A stretch of DNA of 64,000 nucleotides from Basidiobolus meristosporus CBS 931.73 (Eukaryota > Fungi > Basidiobolomycota): positions 124,001-188,000 of the forward strand of contig MCFE01000059.1 in assembly GCA_002104905.1 (NCBI GenBank), written 5' to 3'. Each line of letters opens with the position of its first letter. The stretch's first letter is position 1. The notes beneath the pieces are model-generated. The model was not told where the DNA came from. It did not search any database and saw nothing but the letters and a program-made list of their open reading frames with translations. Of this stretch, positions 1 to 11,494 are shown piece by piece. The position numbers and the translations under genes are program-made.

Positions 1-462
1 TCTAATGGATTCCAATTGTAAGCCTAGAACCCCGCTAATTAATCGCGGCTCAATTAAGCCACTTTCGATCTGCGCTGAGAATTTCCCTTGATTTAGAACC
101 CTCTGCCCTAGATGGCCCAATTTTCTATCAGAAATTCGTTAGAATGAAATGAATTGAAACGCTAGCAATTCATTTTTAGAAAGCCAATCTATATTTGGGA
201 TTCCAAGTCAAATAACGCTGAGTTCAATATAAGTACCGCCACCGCCGCCGCATATTCCACTTCACTAGCCCTGATAAACCCTTCTTTTTAGTTTTTTTGC
301 TCACTTTCTACAACTTTATTCAATTCGTTACATCCTCTAATTTTGACCAACACCTAAATCGATCGCTAGTTGTGTTTTACTCCTCCGGAAGTACTTCACT
401 CTACCGTCCTATAGCATAAATATTTTTAGTAAAGTTGAATACTTGTAAAAAGTGCGCATAAT

Positions 463-2165
463 ATGTCTGTCACCCAAGCGGAGTTACCGTTAAATGCAAG
501 CTGTCGGAAATCTTCGACATCCTCTTTGCGAGAAACAGTAGATTCTCCTGCAGCCTGGCTAGTCTTGTACTTCTTCTTCAACCTCGGCCTGACCCTATAC
601 AACAAAGCGGTGATGCAGCTATTCGACTTTGGCTTCCCCTGGACCCTCACCGGGATACACACTTTGTTCGGGGCTGTCGGCTCGTATCTCCTTTATCTAT
701 TCGGAGTGTTCAAGCCCAGGAAGCTAGGGGAGAGAGAGAGCACGGTGATGCTCGCCTTTTCAGTGCTATATACCCTCAACATTGCCATCAGCAATGTATC
801 ACTGTAAGTAGCAGTCCATGATTACTCATGCCCATTAGTGGAGTGTAGTGTAGTGTAGTGTAGAGGAGCATAGCTGGGGTGAGAGTGAGTGGTAGAGCGT
901 AGCGTTGGTGACGATGAATGCCAGCGTAGCAGAGCAATACATGTATATATGAGCAGTACTAACCAAGGGATATTCTCCTTTTCTATGACACCTCCGCTGA
1001 CGACAATCATGCAGCCATCTTGTCACAGTTCCGGTAGGTTCAAGTCCATGATACTCGCTGAATGCCAGGACTAGTGGAGTTGCTGGTTCGGCTTGAGTGA
1101 TGATGAGAGAAGCGAGTACTAAACGAGACCCGTTTGTTCATTTCGATTCTAGTTTCATCAAGTAGTCAGAGCAATGACACCACTGTTCACCATTGGATTG
1201 TCAGTAGCCTTCTTCAAGATCACCTACTCAAAGATGACCTATATCTCACTGTTGCCGGTAAGTGAATACTTTCTATGAACAGAGTATCGATGTAGGAAGA
1301 GAGAGAAGAGGGGGGGGAGGCTAATTTTGTGGCGAGGTGGTCTGAAGGGCCGAGCATTCTGATGGATGGGGAGAGGCGATTCTGACCACCAAGGCCACAT
1401 TGAAGACAGATTAGAAGCGATTGGATTGTTCATATGGTCATGGACTGACGAGAGACTTGTCTGGGCATTTGTAGGTGATTTTTGGCGTAGCGTTTGCCAC
1501 ATTCGGGGACTACTACTTCACTGGAATGGGATTCTTCCTGACGATACTCGGCACGTTGCTTGCAGCGATCAAGACGGTGGTCACCAACAAGGTACAGACG
1601 AGTGGACTGAAGTTGCATCCATTGGACCTGCTGTACCGGATGTCGCCCTTGGCCTGTATGCAGACCATCATGTATGCCTACATGACTGGCGAGCTGGAGG
1701 CGGTGAGCATCTTTGTCCGCACCGAGATGAGCTGGCCACTGGTGATTGCACTCGCGGTGAACGGAGTGATTGCCTTTTTCTTGAACGTGGTCAGCTTCAC
1801 TGCGAACAAGAAGACCTCGGCGTTGACCATGACGGTTGCAGGGAACGTGAAGCAAGTGTTGTCGATTGTGTTGGCCGTGACCATATTCAACCTTGACATC
1901 TCGGCGATGAATGGACTAGGGATCTTCTTGACACTGTTTGGAGGCTGTTGGTACACGTAAGTAGCCATGATATGGATAGCTGGGTGTGAGAGGGCTCGAG
2001 CAGGAGAGCATCGGACCAGATGAGTGAAACGCGAAGGCTAACTGTAATCCTGATATTTCTAGATATATCGAGTACAAGGAGAAGGAGCAAAAAGCGAAAT
2101 CTAGATCTCAACTTATCAACGAACAGCAACAACACTTCATTACAGTACGAACCGAGAAAATATGA
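463..2165 (+). CDS. Triose-phosphate/nucleotide-sugar transporter family protein (TPT/DMT superfamily), copy 1
   Basis: Hand-spliced exons 463-803, 1015-1033 (19-nt microexon), 1153-1257, 1475-1956, 2063-2165; all introns GT-AG and frame is continuous. Motifs include FNLGLTLYNKAV, NIAISNVSLHLVTVPFHQVVRAMTPLF and SFTANKKTSALTMTVAGNVKQV; the protein is hydrophobic and multi-TM. Confidence 0.88.
550..2071 (+). repeat. ~1.5 kb near-identical direct repeat, copy A (interior of transporter copy 1)
   Basis: Aligns by eye with 5605-7130, including all four introns, with about a dozen differences. Flanks are diverged. Confidence 0.95.
836..863 (+). repeat. (TAGTG)n microsatellite in intron 1
   Basis: TAGTG GAGTG (TAGTG)3 TAG here; the paralog at 5891-5923 has (TAGTG)4. 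Confidence 0.9.
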
Positions 2166-5100
2166 ACTTTTGGACCTGGAGCATTCAACCAACTTTAATC
2201 CTAAAACCAACTCTAAACGTTTTGCTATAATTCTCCCTGGCTCCTTAGTCGATCACTATGCTCTCGGACTTCTAAATTCTCAACACTTTTCGCAAGTGAC
2301 CCTGCTCTTTCAACAGATACACGTGCTGACCATCTAGTCGAACCTCAATCATCCTAAATTGAAACCTCATAACCATGAGCATGTGCCTTCTCTATTCGGC
2401 TCATCACATTGTTCTTTTGAATTTGCTTCGTTTCAATCATAATGTACCATAGTTTCACGGATTTCCATATTTGCTTTTCCCATTGTGCCTCTATTTTTAT
2501 TTTGTTCCACCATGATATCAATATAATGGTCTCTTCATAAGGTTAGGATTAACTCCTTGATAAACGGGACGAAATTCTCATCCATACCTACAATGACCGA
2601 TTACGCTATTCACGAGTAATACATTTTGAAGGTTCCTCTACCCTGTTATTGTGCGATTGGAAGGTTCCGTCGATTGTGCTGGCATGAGACATTCGGTCGC
2701 ATGCAGCAAGAAAATGGAATCTTGTCATATCCGAACTGAAACCCAACCAATTCCTTAACCAAATTATAAATAGTTGCGCAAATTAATTTTAGTAACATTG
2801 GGTCTCGAGGCCTTCCAATGGTATCCACATCAGGCGCAGGCTTAGTTTGGGACTGGACGCAAGGTTTGCCGCACGAGAATTGTGCACATTTGACATGCAA
2901 GTGGAAATTGGTGTAAATTGAATGCTAGACCTATATTCCCATCTTTTGACAGTCACGTTTGACTAAGTCGGGGAAGGTGGTTGCCTGCAGTCAGTGTTCA
3001 TGGCATCACTTGATTGCAGGTAACGAATTTTCTGGATCGCATGTTGATTGAATATCATAAAACGTTCTCTCCCACTTCCTTAACTGGACTCCCACCAGCT
3101 AGGCTACTGGTGGTGTGCGGCCAACTTAAGACTTGCCTATATGACTGTAAAACTCCTGATAATTCCTGAAGAGATGGTTGGGTGGGCTTTGATGTTTGTT
3201 GCTAAAGTGTCACCTAGCAACACGTTGATTCGACTCGAAGGTGTGTTGGCTAGTGCGCGTAAAATTTCTGAGACAACCACCTGTAGTCAATTGCTGGGTT
3301 GAGAATGGAACTATTCTTCTGCTCGTGATTTCCGACTGGATTTGATGGATGCAGGTACATGTATTACCATAACATAGGATATCAATATGTCGGCTACCTC
3401 CGTCGGGTGAGTCATTATGCTGGAGCGGCCACTGGAGTTTAGGATAATTATTCAACCACCTTTAGGTGCGCAAATCAAGCCCCCACAGGAGTAAGCAGCC
3501 TTCGTTGAAACGCCCATTTTGGTGTGGTGCATTCGACAAGGGCACACATTCGTGAAGTGATAAATCAATACAAATACATATTAACCACTTTTGGGTCTGG
3601 TTAGATTTATAATGCTGAATTAGGTGCATGGGTTGCTTTCTTTGGACTCAGAATGTATTGCTACCCTATGTCAGGTGAGTAGACAAGTCAATCATGGCTT
3701 TCTCTTCAAGTGGTAGTATGTTTTATTAGAACGAGGGGTGTACGGACTATATATCAGTGGCATATTGAAGCCATTACCTATATCGATGGATTCCAGTGAG
3801 TCGCAAATCCGAATATGTTGGTTTGACCACACCGATGTAACTTGAGGGAGATGGCCTCAGAGGACCATGATTTCCATGGATTGGGGCCTCCTTCCCCTCA
3901 TCCTTGTCATCCCCATGGGTAGAAGAGATGGATCTTTTGATCCGACATCTGCAATCCAACTTCAATCACCTCACATCTTCCTGATTCTCCATTCTAAGTA
4001 CCATTTGGCTAGCGAATCTGCAGAAAAGCAGTGAAGGCCCAATCCTGTCACCATCATTACTTTGGATCCGTACACACCGGGCAAACAAATACGGAATGTT
4101 GGGGCGAGCGCTGGAGTCAACATCTATTGCTCATCAAGGCGATGGCGAGCTTTCAATTCAGAAGAGAATGTACCACAGCATCCTGTAAATCATTACGTAA
4201 TAAGCATGCCAATAAGGTATCTAGATTCCAATTCGAATTAGGTACAGCGAATAGAGTAGCAGTCAATAGGAAACAGTTATTCAAAATAAGGAAATCAAAT
4301 CATACCAAAATCGAATAGATGAGCCTATAAGAAGCCACATTTGTATACCAAAACAGATGAGACTCCTTTATTACTAGCTTCCAGGTAGAGTACGGCTGGG
4401 ATGGCGCAGCGTGTTTACTGGTGGAAATAATAGTGCTGGAGATAGGACGCTTGACTGAAAATGTTATCTAGATCATGGGTAATTGGCAGTTGGTGGATAG
4501 CACCAGCAGCAGATTAACCTCTCAAATCAGATCGAGTTGCATGGAGTTTAAAACAATCGGAATGGAGGGCTCTGAATTAGTTTATCCCAAGCTCAAGCTG
4601 CTTCATCCTGCTTTCTCAGCCAGGCTGTGATTCGTTTGGGCGACGATGGAGCATCTGGTATAGCAAATAGAATTCCCAGAAAGCTCTCCTAACGGTTATA
4701 AGTTTGGCTGAGTGATGAATTGGGATACTGATTTACAAGTGCTCTGAATGTTGAGAAACGTTTGGGTGTAGGTCTACAGAGCTGGTGAGCCTGGAAAAAG
4801 CACAATCATGGTTACATTTGATTATAGATAGAAAGCTGGAAAGCTGGGGCCTGGATTCGTTGTTACACACATTTTCGATGGTGCAAATTTCGTTCAACGT
4901 TGGGTTATATTTGGGTGAGTTCAGGTAAGCTTAAATCACCCCCTGGCGAGTGAATTTCATTTTCAATAGCTGCCTTACTATTGCAGATGACATTCTTGAA
5001 TGGTCTATTTTATCTTAAATACCAAATTGGCACTTAACATCAACTATAATAGTTATCGGAAAGGGCTATTTTGGATGAGAAGTATTATATTTCAGGCTTT

Positions 5101-5514
5101 GTTTCCTAATATAGAGCAAAGAAATAGTACCAGAACAAAGTTCATTATTATGTCACATCCTTGAATGAATGGATAATAAACTCGGGTAATATAGATGTAG
5201 ATTTACCCCATGCTTGGTCAATACAGCACTAAAGTGAAAAAAAGCCAATAGATTAGATGGGGTTATTCTAAGAAAGGTATGTGTGAAATACCTATACAGA
5301 TTTTGTAACCATCTATATAAGACCCAATGTATTATCTTGAAACAAGTCGAGTACTGCGAGCAGTCAATTTCTCCTACCTTCATCTTTTCAGCTTCACCAT
5401 AGTGCGGCTTATTCTGTAGCAGGTCTTTAAAGAATTTTTCCAACCTAGAATAGGACTTTATAGTTCACTTTCGTACACAATTAAGTCAATTTGGCGCAAG
5501 CTTGAACACGGATA

Positions 5515-7224
5515 ATGGCTCTCACTCAAACAGAACTTCCTTTACACACTGGCCTTGCCAAACCTTCAACACTCTCCGTAATGAGGGCATTGATGGATTC
5601 ACCCGCAGCCTGGCTAGTCATGTACTTCTTCTTCAACCTCGGCCTGACCCTGTACAACAAAGCGGTGATGCAGCTATTCGACTTTGGCTTCCCCTGGACC
5701 CTCACCGGGATACACACTTTGTTCGGGGCTGTCGGCTCGTATCTCCTTTATCTATTCGGAGTGTTCAAGCCCAGGAAGCTAGGGGAGAGAGAGAGCACGG
5801 TGATGCTCGCCTTTTCAGTGCTATATACCCTCAACATTGCCATCAGCAATGTATCACTGTAAGTAGCAGTCCATGATTACTCGTGCCCATTAGTGGAGTG
5901 TAGTGTAGTGTAGTGTAGTGTAGAGGAGCATAGCTGGGGTGAGAGTGAGTGGTAGAGCGTAGCGTTGGTGACGATGAATGCCAGCGTAGCAGAGCAATAC
6001 ATGTATATATGAGCAGTACTAACCAAGGGATATTCTCCTTTTTTATGACACCTCCGCTGACGACGATCATGCAGCCATCTTGTCACAGTTCCGGTAGGTT
6101 CAAGTCCATGATACTCGCTGAATGCCAGGACTAGTGGAGTTGCTGATTCGGCTTGAGTGATGATGAGAGAAGCGAGTACTAAACGAGACCCGTTTGTTCA
6201 TTTCGATTCTAGTTTCATCAAGTAGTCAGAGCAATGACACCACTGTTCACCATTGGATTGTCAGTAGCCTTCTTCAAGATCACCTACTCAAAGATGACCT
6301 ATATCTCACTGTTGCCGGTAAGTGAATACTTTCTATGAACAGAGTATCGATGTAGGAAGAGAGAGAACAGGGGGGGAGGCTAATTTTGTGGCGAGGTGGT
6401 CTGAAGGGCCGAGCATTCTGATGGATGGGGAGAGGCGATTCTGACCACCAAGGCCACATTGAAGACAGATTAGAAGCGACTGGATTGTTCATATGGTCAT
6501 GGACTGACGAGAGACTTGTCTGGACATTTGTAGGTGATTTTTGGCGTAGCGTTTGCCACATTCGGGGACTACTACTTCACTGGAATGGGATTCTTCCTGA
6601 CGATACTCGGCACGTTGCTTGCAGCGATCAAGACGGTGGTCACCAACAAGGTACAGACGAGTGGACTGAAGTTGCATCCATTGGACCTGCTGTACCGGAT
6701 GTCGCCCTTGGCCTGTATGCAGACCATCATGTATGCCTACATGACTGGCGAGCTGGAGGCGGTGAGCATCTTTGTCCGCACCGAGATGAGCTGGCCACTG
6801 GTGATTGCACTCGCGGTGAACGGAGTGATTGCCTTTTTCTTGAACGTGGTCAGCTTCACTGCGAACAAGAAGACCTCGGCGTTGACCATGACGGTTGCAG
6901 GGAACGTGAAGCAAGTGTTGTCGATTGTGTTGGCCGTGACCATATTCAACCTTGACATCTCGGCGATGAATGGACTAGGGATCTTCTTGACACTGTTTGG
7001 AGGCTGTTGGTACACGTAAGTAGCCATGATGTGGATAGCTGGGTGTGAGAGGGCTCGAGCAGGAGAGCACCGGACCAGATGAGTGAAACGCGAAGGCTAA
7101 CTGTAATCCTGATATTTCTAGATATATCGAATACAAGGAGAAAGAACAGAAGGCATCAAATACTAACAAGATTGTCGCAAGTGAACCTCAACGTTTTTCA
7201 TCAATCCGCACTGAAAAAGTTTAG
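5515..7224 (+). CDS. Triose-phosphate/nucleotide-sugar transporter family protein, copy 2
   Basis: Exons 5515-5858, 6075-6093, 6213-6317, 6534-7015, 7122-7224. Same structure as copy 1, with diverged N- and C-termini. Confidence 0.88.
5605..7130 (+). repeat. ~1.5 kb near-identical direct repeat, copy B
   Basis: Near-identical to 550-2071. Confidence 0.95.
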
Positions 7225-8265
7225 GTGTATCTTTAGCGATAGTAACCCTTTTGGTGAAGGCTGTCTTCTAAATGATGTACGCGATGCTGGGGAATAGCGG
7301 TATTACTGCGTTCCATCATGTGTTGATTCATTAGATTTTCGCATTTTCACTGAATACTGTATTTCTCAAGTATTCCATCAAATTCCACCGCTGACTTTGT
7401 TCTAAACATTTTCCGAATGTTTTCCGAATGTTTTGTTACCCCAAAGTCCTTTATTGATTAATATTGTACTATAGCCGCCAATACTACAACCTGCTCTACC
7501 CAGTCATACCATACCATTAATTAAATCAGGCTACTTGTTAACCTTTAATTCATCGAATTATATCCATGATATTTGTTCAGTAAGGGAGTTGAACTATTGG
7601 AATCTGTAAACAAACATGCGGACGGTTGAGTAAGATTGATGTGTAGGCACAGTACAGTTTCTCGGTAATGTATGCTTTGTATTCAGACTATTTTGACTTG
7701 TTCTATTCCGGCTGTATTGTTGTAAAAACCAGGACTTTTTTCATTTCTTAAATCCTTTGCAATGCTGCCCCCGTCACCTCTGGTGGATTGTGCTAGCCAA
7801 GTCAGGGCAAACAATCCCTGTAAATCTATGGATTTTTGTATCGAATGGGCTCTTTAGGAATATGGTTCTTAAGATGGAGATTTGAAAGTACCAGCTACCC
7901 TGCTTCTAGCGTATACCACAAGGTAAACATATTTATACAGAAGCCCTGCTTAAACAGGATGGACTTAAATCGGTGGATTAAGGAGTTTTACTCCTGTAGC
8001 TGAGATACTTGAACTCATTGAAATATTTTGTCCCCTGGAATAACGGCAAGTTGGTTACTGCGTCAGTGCTCAGCTCTGAGTTAACCATTGTTACAGCAGC
8101 GCACGTAGTGCGAGATTGTCAACAAAGCTATGCTTAAACCATTACCATAGTAAATCATGTAATCCATTGCTAAGTATGTGGTTGATTCTATTCTGGATAT
8201 ATACTAAGAACATTTGGTGCGTGCTTTATTCATAAATCGATTGCTTATCTACTGAATTCACCATC

Positions 8266-9861
8266 CTATAGATCCATATAACGCCCATGGAACCCAAAAG
8301 GCACTACATGTTGTTGAGTGAAAGTGGCGCGAGCTATTTCGGTCAATTCCTTAGCATCTAATACCACCAAGAAACTTTTCCCTTTGTTGCCATCAAGGAT
8401 GACACTTAGCAATACTCCATCATCCTCTGCTGTTGCATTGGGACTGGGAATGAAGATGGGTTCCGAAGGAGTACACCCAGGGTGCTGCCAAACCCAGAAT
8501 CTTCCTTCGGGGCCATCCACTCCTTCCCGATTGTCCAAGTCGATCTTTAAGATCCGGTCAAACAGAGGGGTCTTGGTGTCTCTTGAATTGGATACGCCGT
8601 AGATGTACCGGTATGGCTTCGTTATCAGATGGGGACTAAATGTTGGTAATTCGATGTCCAGAGAATCTGGTGCTTTGAAGAGCAACTTGGCGGGGACTTT
8701 TTCCTCTGGATTCTGGGTGGAGGGCGAGTTCAGCTCAATTCGATACACAGACGGCAAGTATTTTGTTGATCCTGGACGGTAGTTTCGAAGTTTATCAATG
8801 TACAGCGTAGAGATTATTCCATTATCCTTGTATGCAGAAAAGTCCATTACGATATTGCCTTCAGCATCTTCCCATGAATTGAGCGAATGGAAGCAAAACA
8901 CAGGCTGGAAGGTGTACGTAGCAACATGCTCTTTCTTATTGCGGTCCACAACGTATATATGTGTCTTCGAGTTGGGATCCCAATGGTTGAAGGAGGCAAC
9001 TACATTCCGTTTCAGGAGAATGTTCAAGCCATTCATGCTATAGTAGCATGGCCATATGGCTAGGATGACATAGTTCTTGGTGACAAAAAAGCTATGAATG
9101 TAGGCGGGTGGCGCGTTGAGGGAGGCGAAGACCGTCACTTCAGGTTCAGAATCCACATCGGCAGCAGGTTTGATGCTAAAAAGATGGTAGGTCGCTTGTT
9201 TGCCAAACTCCAGGGTGAATCCAAATGTCTCGTGTGTATTGGGATCAAACTTTGTATGGGCTGGCGCTAGAGACCCACGTAGTTTCGCGTTGAGGGTGGT
9301 GTAATTGAAGATACTCACTGGCTCCAGGGTGACAGGGTCTAGTGATTGCAGAGCATTGGCGTCTGTCTTCACGACAAGATTCTGTACCGGCCCATCATTC
9401 ACATTGCTGACGCCTGGAAAGTTCAATGATACAGTGACACCAATGTTGGCCTCATCGGGCCTGCGATCTTTCGGCTGAAGCCCTGTTACCTCCTTGAAAA
9501 TGGTGAAGTACTTATCGAAGATTGTCTGACAGGGATCTTGTCCAAAGGTGATCTCATCCATTCCAAGGCCTTGTCGAAACTTCTCCTCTTTGCCTTTGGC
9601 GGTGTTCCGATTTCTGTATGCTACGTGTGAATCTCGGATTTCAAAGCGGTGGATCTGGGAGAGACCATCGAACCAGTGCTGAATGGAATACGGCTTGTCC
9701 GCCCCTGCAACAGGGATCTCATAAGTCCCGGGGCCAGCGCGATAGAGCACACCGTTCAACCAAGTGGGGATCTTGCCGGTGACCTCAAGTTCAATGGGTT
9801 CGAGGACCTCGGGGCAATTCTGAAGTCCTTGCTGATAAATGAAATCGGGCTCTGGTGCCAT
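8266..9861 (-). CDS. Carotenoid cleavage oxygenase (RPE65/CCD family; resembles fungal CarT/CAO-2/CarS-type enzymes)
   Basis: Intronless. Shows VTGKIPTWLNGVLYRAGPG, HWFDG and four Fe-ligand His (APAH, AYIHSF, CFHSLN, FGFHG), plus EPIFIP and EDDGVLLSV. Start is placed at ATG 9861 because a TATA-like gtatatatac (9931-9940) lies inside the longer ORF starting at 10023. Confidence 0.9.
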   Translation of the reverse strand: MAPEPDFIYQQGLQNCPEVLEPIELEVTGKIPTWLNGVLYRAGPGTYEIPVAGADKPYSIQHWFDGLSQIHRFEIRDSHVAYRNRNTAKGKEEKFRQGLGMDEITFGQDPCQTIFDKYFTIFKEVTGLQPKDRRPDEANIGVTVSLNFPGVSNVNDGPVQNLVVKTDANALQSLDPVTLEPVSIFNYTTLNAKLRGSLAPAHTKFDPNTHETFGFTLEFGKQATYHLFSIKPAADVDSEPEVTVFASLNAPPAYIHSFFVTKNYVILAIWPCYYSMNGLNILLKRNVVASFNHWDPNSKTHIYVVDRNKKEHVATYTFQPVFCFHSLNSWEDAEGNIVMDFSAYKDNGIISTLYIDKLRNYRPGSTKYLPSVYRIELNSPSTQNPEEKVPAKLLFKAPDSLDIELPTFSPHLITKPYRYIYGVSNSRDTKTPLFDRILKIDLDNREGVDGPEGRFWVWQHPGCTPSEPIFIPSPNATAEDDGVLLSVILDGNKGKSFLVVLDAKELTEIARATFTQQHVVPFGFHGRYMDL

Positions 9862-10376
9862 GTCACAACCGAAGATTAAGGAGGGATTGGTATGTGGATG
9901 GATTGTGGCTAACACCAACCTAGGTGGATTGTATATATACACAGAATTCGGCTGTATAGGAGACGCTTGGTAATCTACATTACTCAGATGAAACATATCA
10001 ACTCTGTAGTTGTCTTTGGCCAATCAGGTTGTGGTACATACAAGGCTAAGGTGGCTTCACAGCAGTTCACCTTTCCTGTAGGTTCATCAACTTGACAGCC
10101 ATTGGCTTACGAAAATCCCATACCTAGTGGCCGTTTTTACAATAAGGCTTAATGTATGTCTCAACCTGCTCACGAACTCCACTTAAAAATGCCTGGAATG
10201 CATTACAGGAGCACAATGAAAGTTGGAATGATGTATGGTGATCCTGCATTAGAGTCCACATTGACTACAATAAACACAATGGACAGGAGGATTGGAGTTG
10301 TGGTGCTCATCCGGTCTTGAGTTTGTATAAAGCCCATGTTCAGGTCAGCGTGTGGTACGTGATACCTCCTTTGCCA

Positions 10377-10910
10377 ATGCGAACTCCCTTAATTTTATTA
10401 AGTTGTATATTTATTCTCCACTCCACACAGCTTGTGGATGGTCTTCCGCAGTACCTAGACATCAAACCTGATGAGCACCCATCTCAGGACCATGACTCAC
10501 TGCGTGATTCATACAAATCTGTGGTGGATCTTAATCAGCATCATCGCTTCGAGAGCGAGCACGAATTGGTTGATCACAAGAAATACGACCTTGATGATGA
10601 GCTGTGGTTAGACGAGCTACAAAGGAATGGCACAGGTCACTCTTGGAACCCGCATCAAAACCCTCAAGGCTACGACAATCGTTCAGCAGCAGGTGAATCA
10701 CAATTTAGCGAGGTGTCTGGCCAACCCGAGGAATCCTTAGGTTCTCATGCATTTATCAAGCCTGACGAAGACTCTACAGATGCAGCTACGGAGGCGGCAA
10801 TCCACTACGAGGATGCTTCATGTCAAGAAATGGAAAGTTTAGTGTCCGCGAGCGAAGCAGAGCTTTGTGTTTCAACCCACCCGCCTATTGAGGAGATTCT
10901 CGAGGTTTAG
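10377..10910 (+). CDS. Putative secreted acidic His/Asp/Glu-rich protein, no recognised family
   Basis: ATG 10377 gives a signal-peptide-like MRTPLILLSCIFILHSTQLVDG-LP followed by a hydrophilic acidic mature region; 177 aa. Confidence 0.55.
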   Translation: MRTPLILLSCIFILHSTQLVDGLPQYLDIKPDEHPSQDHDSLRDSYKSVVDLNQHHRFESEHELVDHKKYDLDDELWLDELQRNGTGHSWNPHQNPQGYDNRSAAGESQFSEVSGQPEESLGSHAFIKPDEDSTDAATEAAIHYEDASCQEMESLVSASEAELCVSTHPPIEEILEV

Positions 10911-11494
10911 GGTCTTACTTTTCCTTCATCGTAATAACCGACATCATCTCCTACACTCTTGAATGATATGTATGTTTTGCACTGAAGCTGGCCTCAGGCT
11001 TAGTTAGGAATTCAAGTTTGTCTAGTTATTTGCTACACTCCATCTATGGAACATCTCTATTCTTTCCAAACCTCCAGGGTATCTCTGGCACTCATTGGGT
11101 GTGTGCCTCCAACCACCGGTGAGACCTCTCTCGATCTGATATTTGATGCTTTGCCAAGCATAATATGTATTAATTAAGACCTCAGCTGCATCCCATTTCG
11201 TAGCCACGGGATGAGTTTGATCCAGAACCTGCGTTTGCTCAGCGTATTCAAGGCTTCTCGTATTCATTCAGAAATCGAGCGAAATAAATTCTTGGGGCTC
11301 CATAGTGATTCTGGCCCATACGAATTCAATATTGAGGCACTAAGATTAGAATCAGGAATTAGAGCTAAGCCACAAGCGCATCCTTGGAGTGCGTGATGTT
11401 GTGATTTTAGCCAATATTTATTAGGTTAAATAAATAAATATCAGGAGGCATTATATCTAGCTGAATAAATATCTATGCAATCGTATGTGACATC

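Noticed and set aside
822-1968. Overlapping alternative-frame and antisense ORFs across both transporter copies, and similarly across most other genes
   Set aside because: They are shadows of real coding exons or intron read-through, with no independent motifs.
3210-3455. RHIDI motif resembling the end of copia RNase H (KHIDIRYH)
   Set aside because: Only four residues match, with no DNQSA context, RT or LTRs nearby.
4750-5443. Exon-like fragments between the transporter copies (e.g. LEKFFKDLLQNKPHYGEAEKMK flanked by AG/GT)
   Set aside because: I could not assemble a coherent gene or recognise a family; it may be a relic.
9862-10023. 54-aa N-terminal extension of the carotenoid oxygenase ORF
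   Set aside because: It contains a TATA-like element and is not family-like, so it is probably promoter or 5' UTR.
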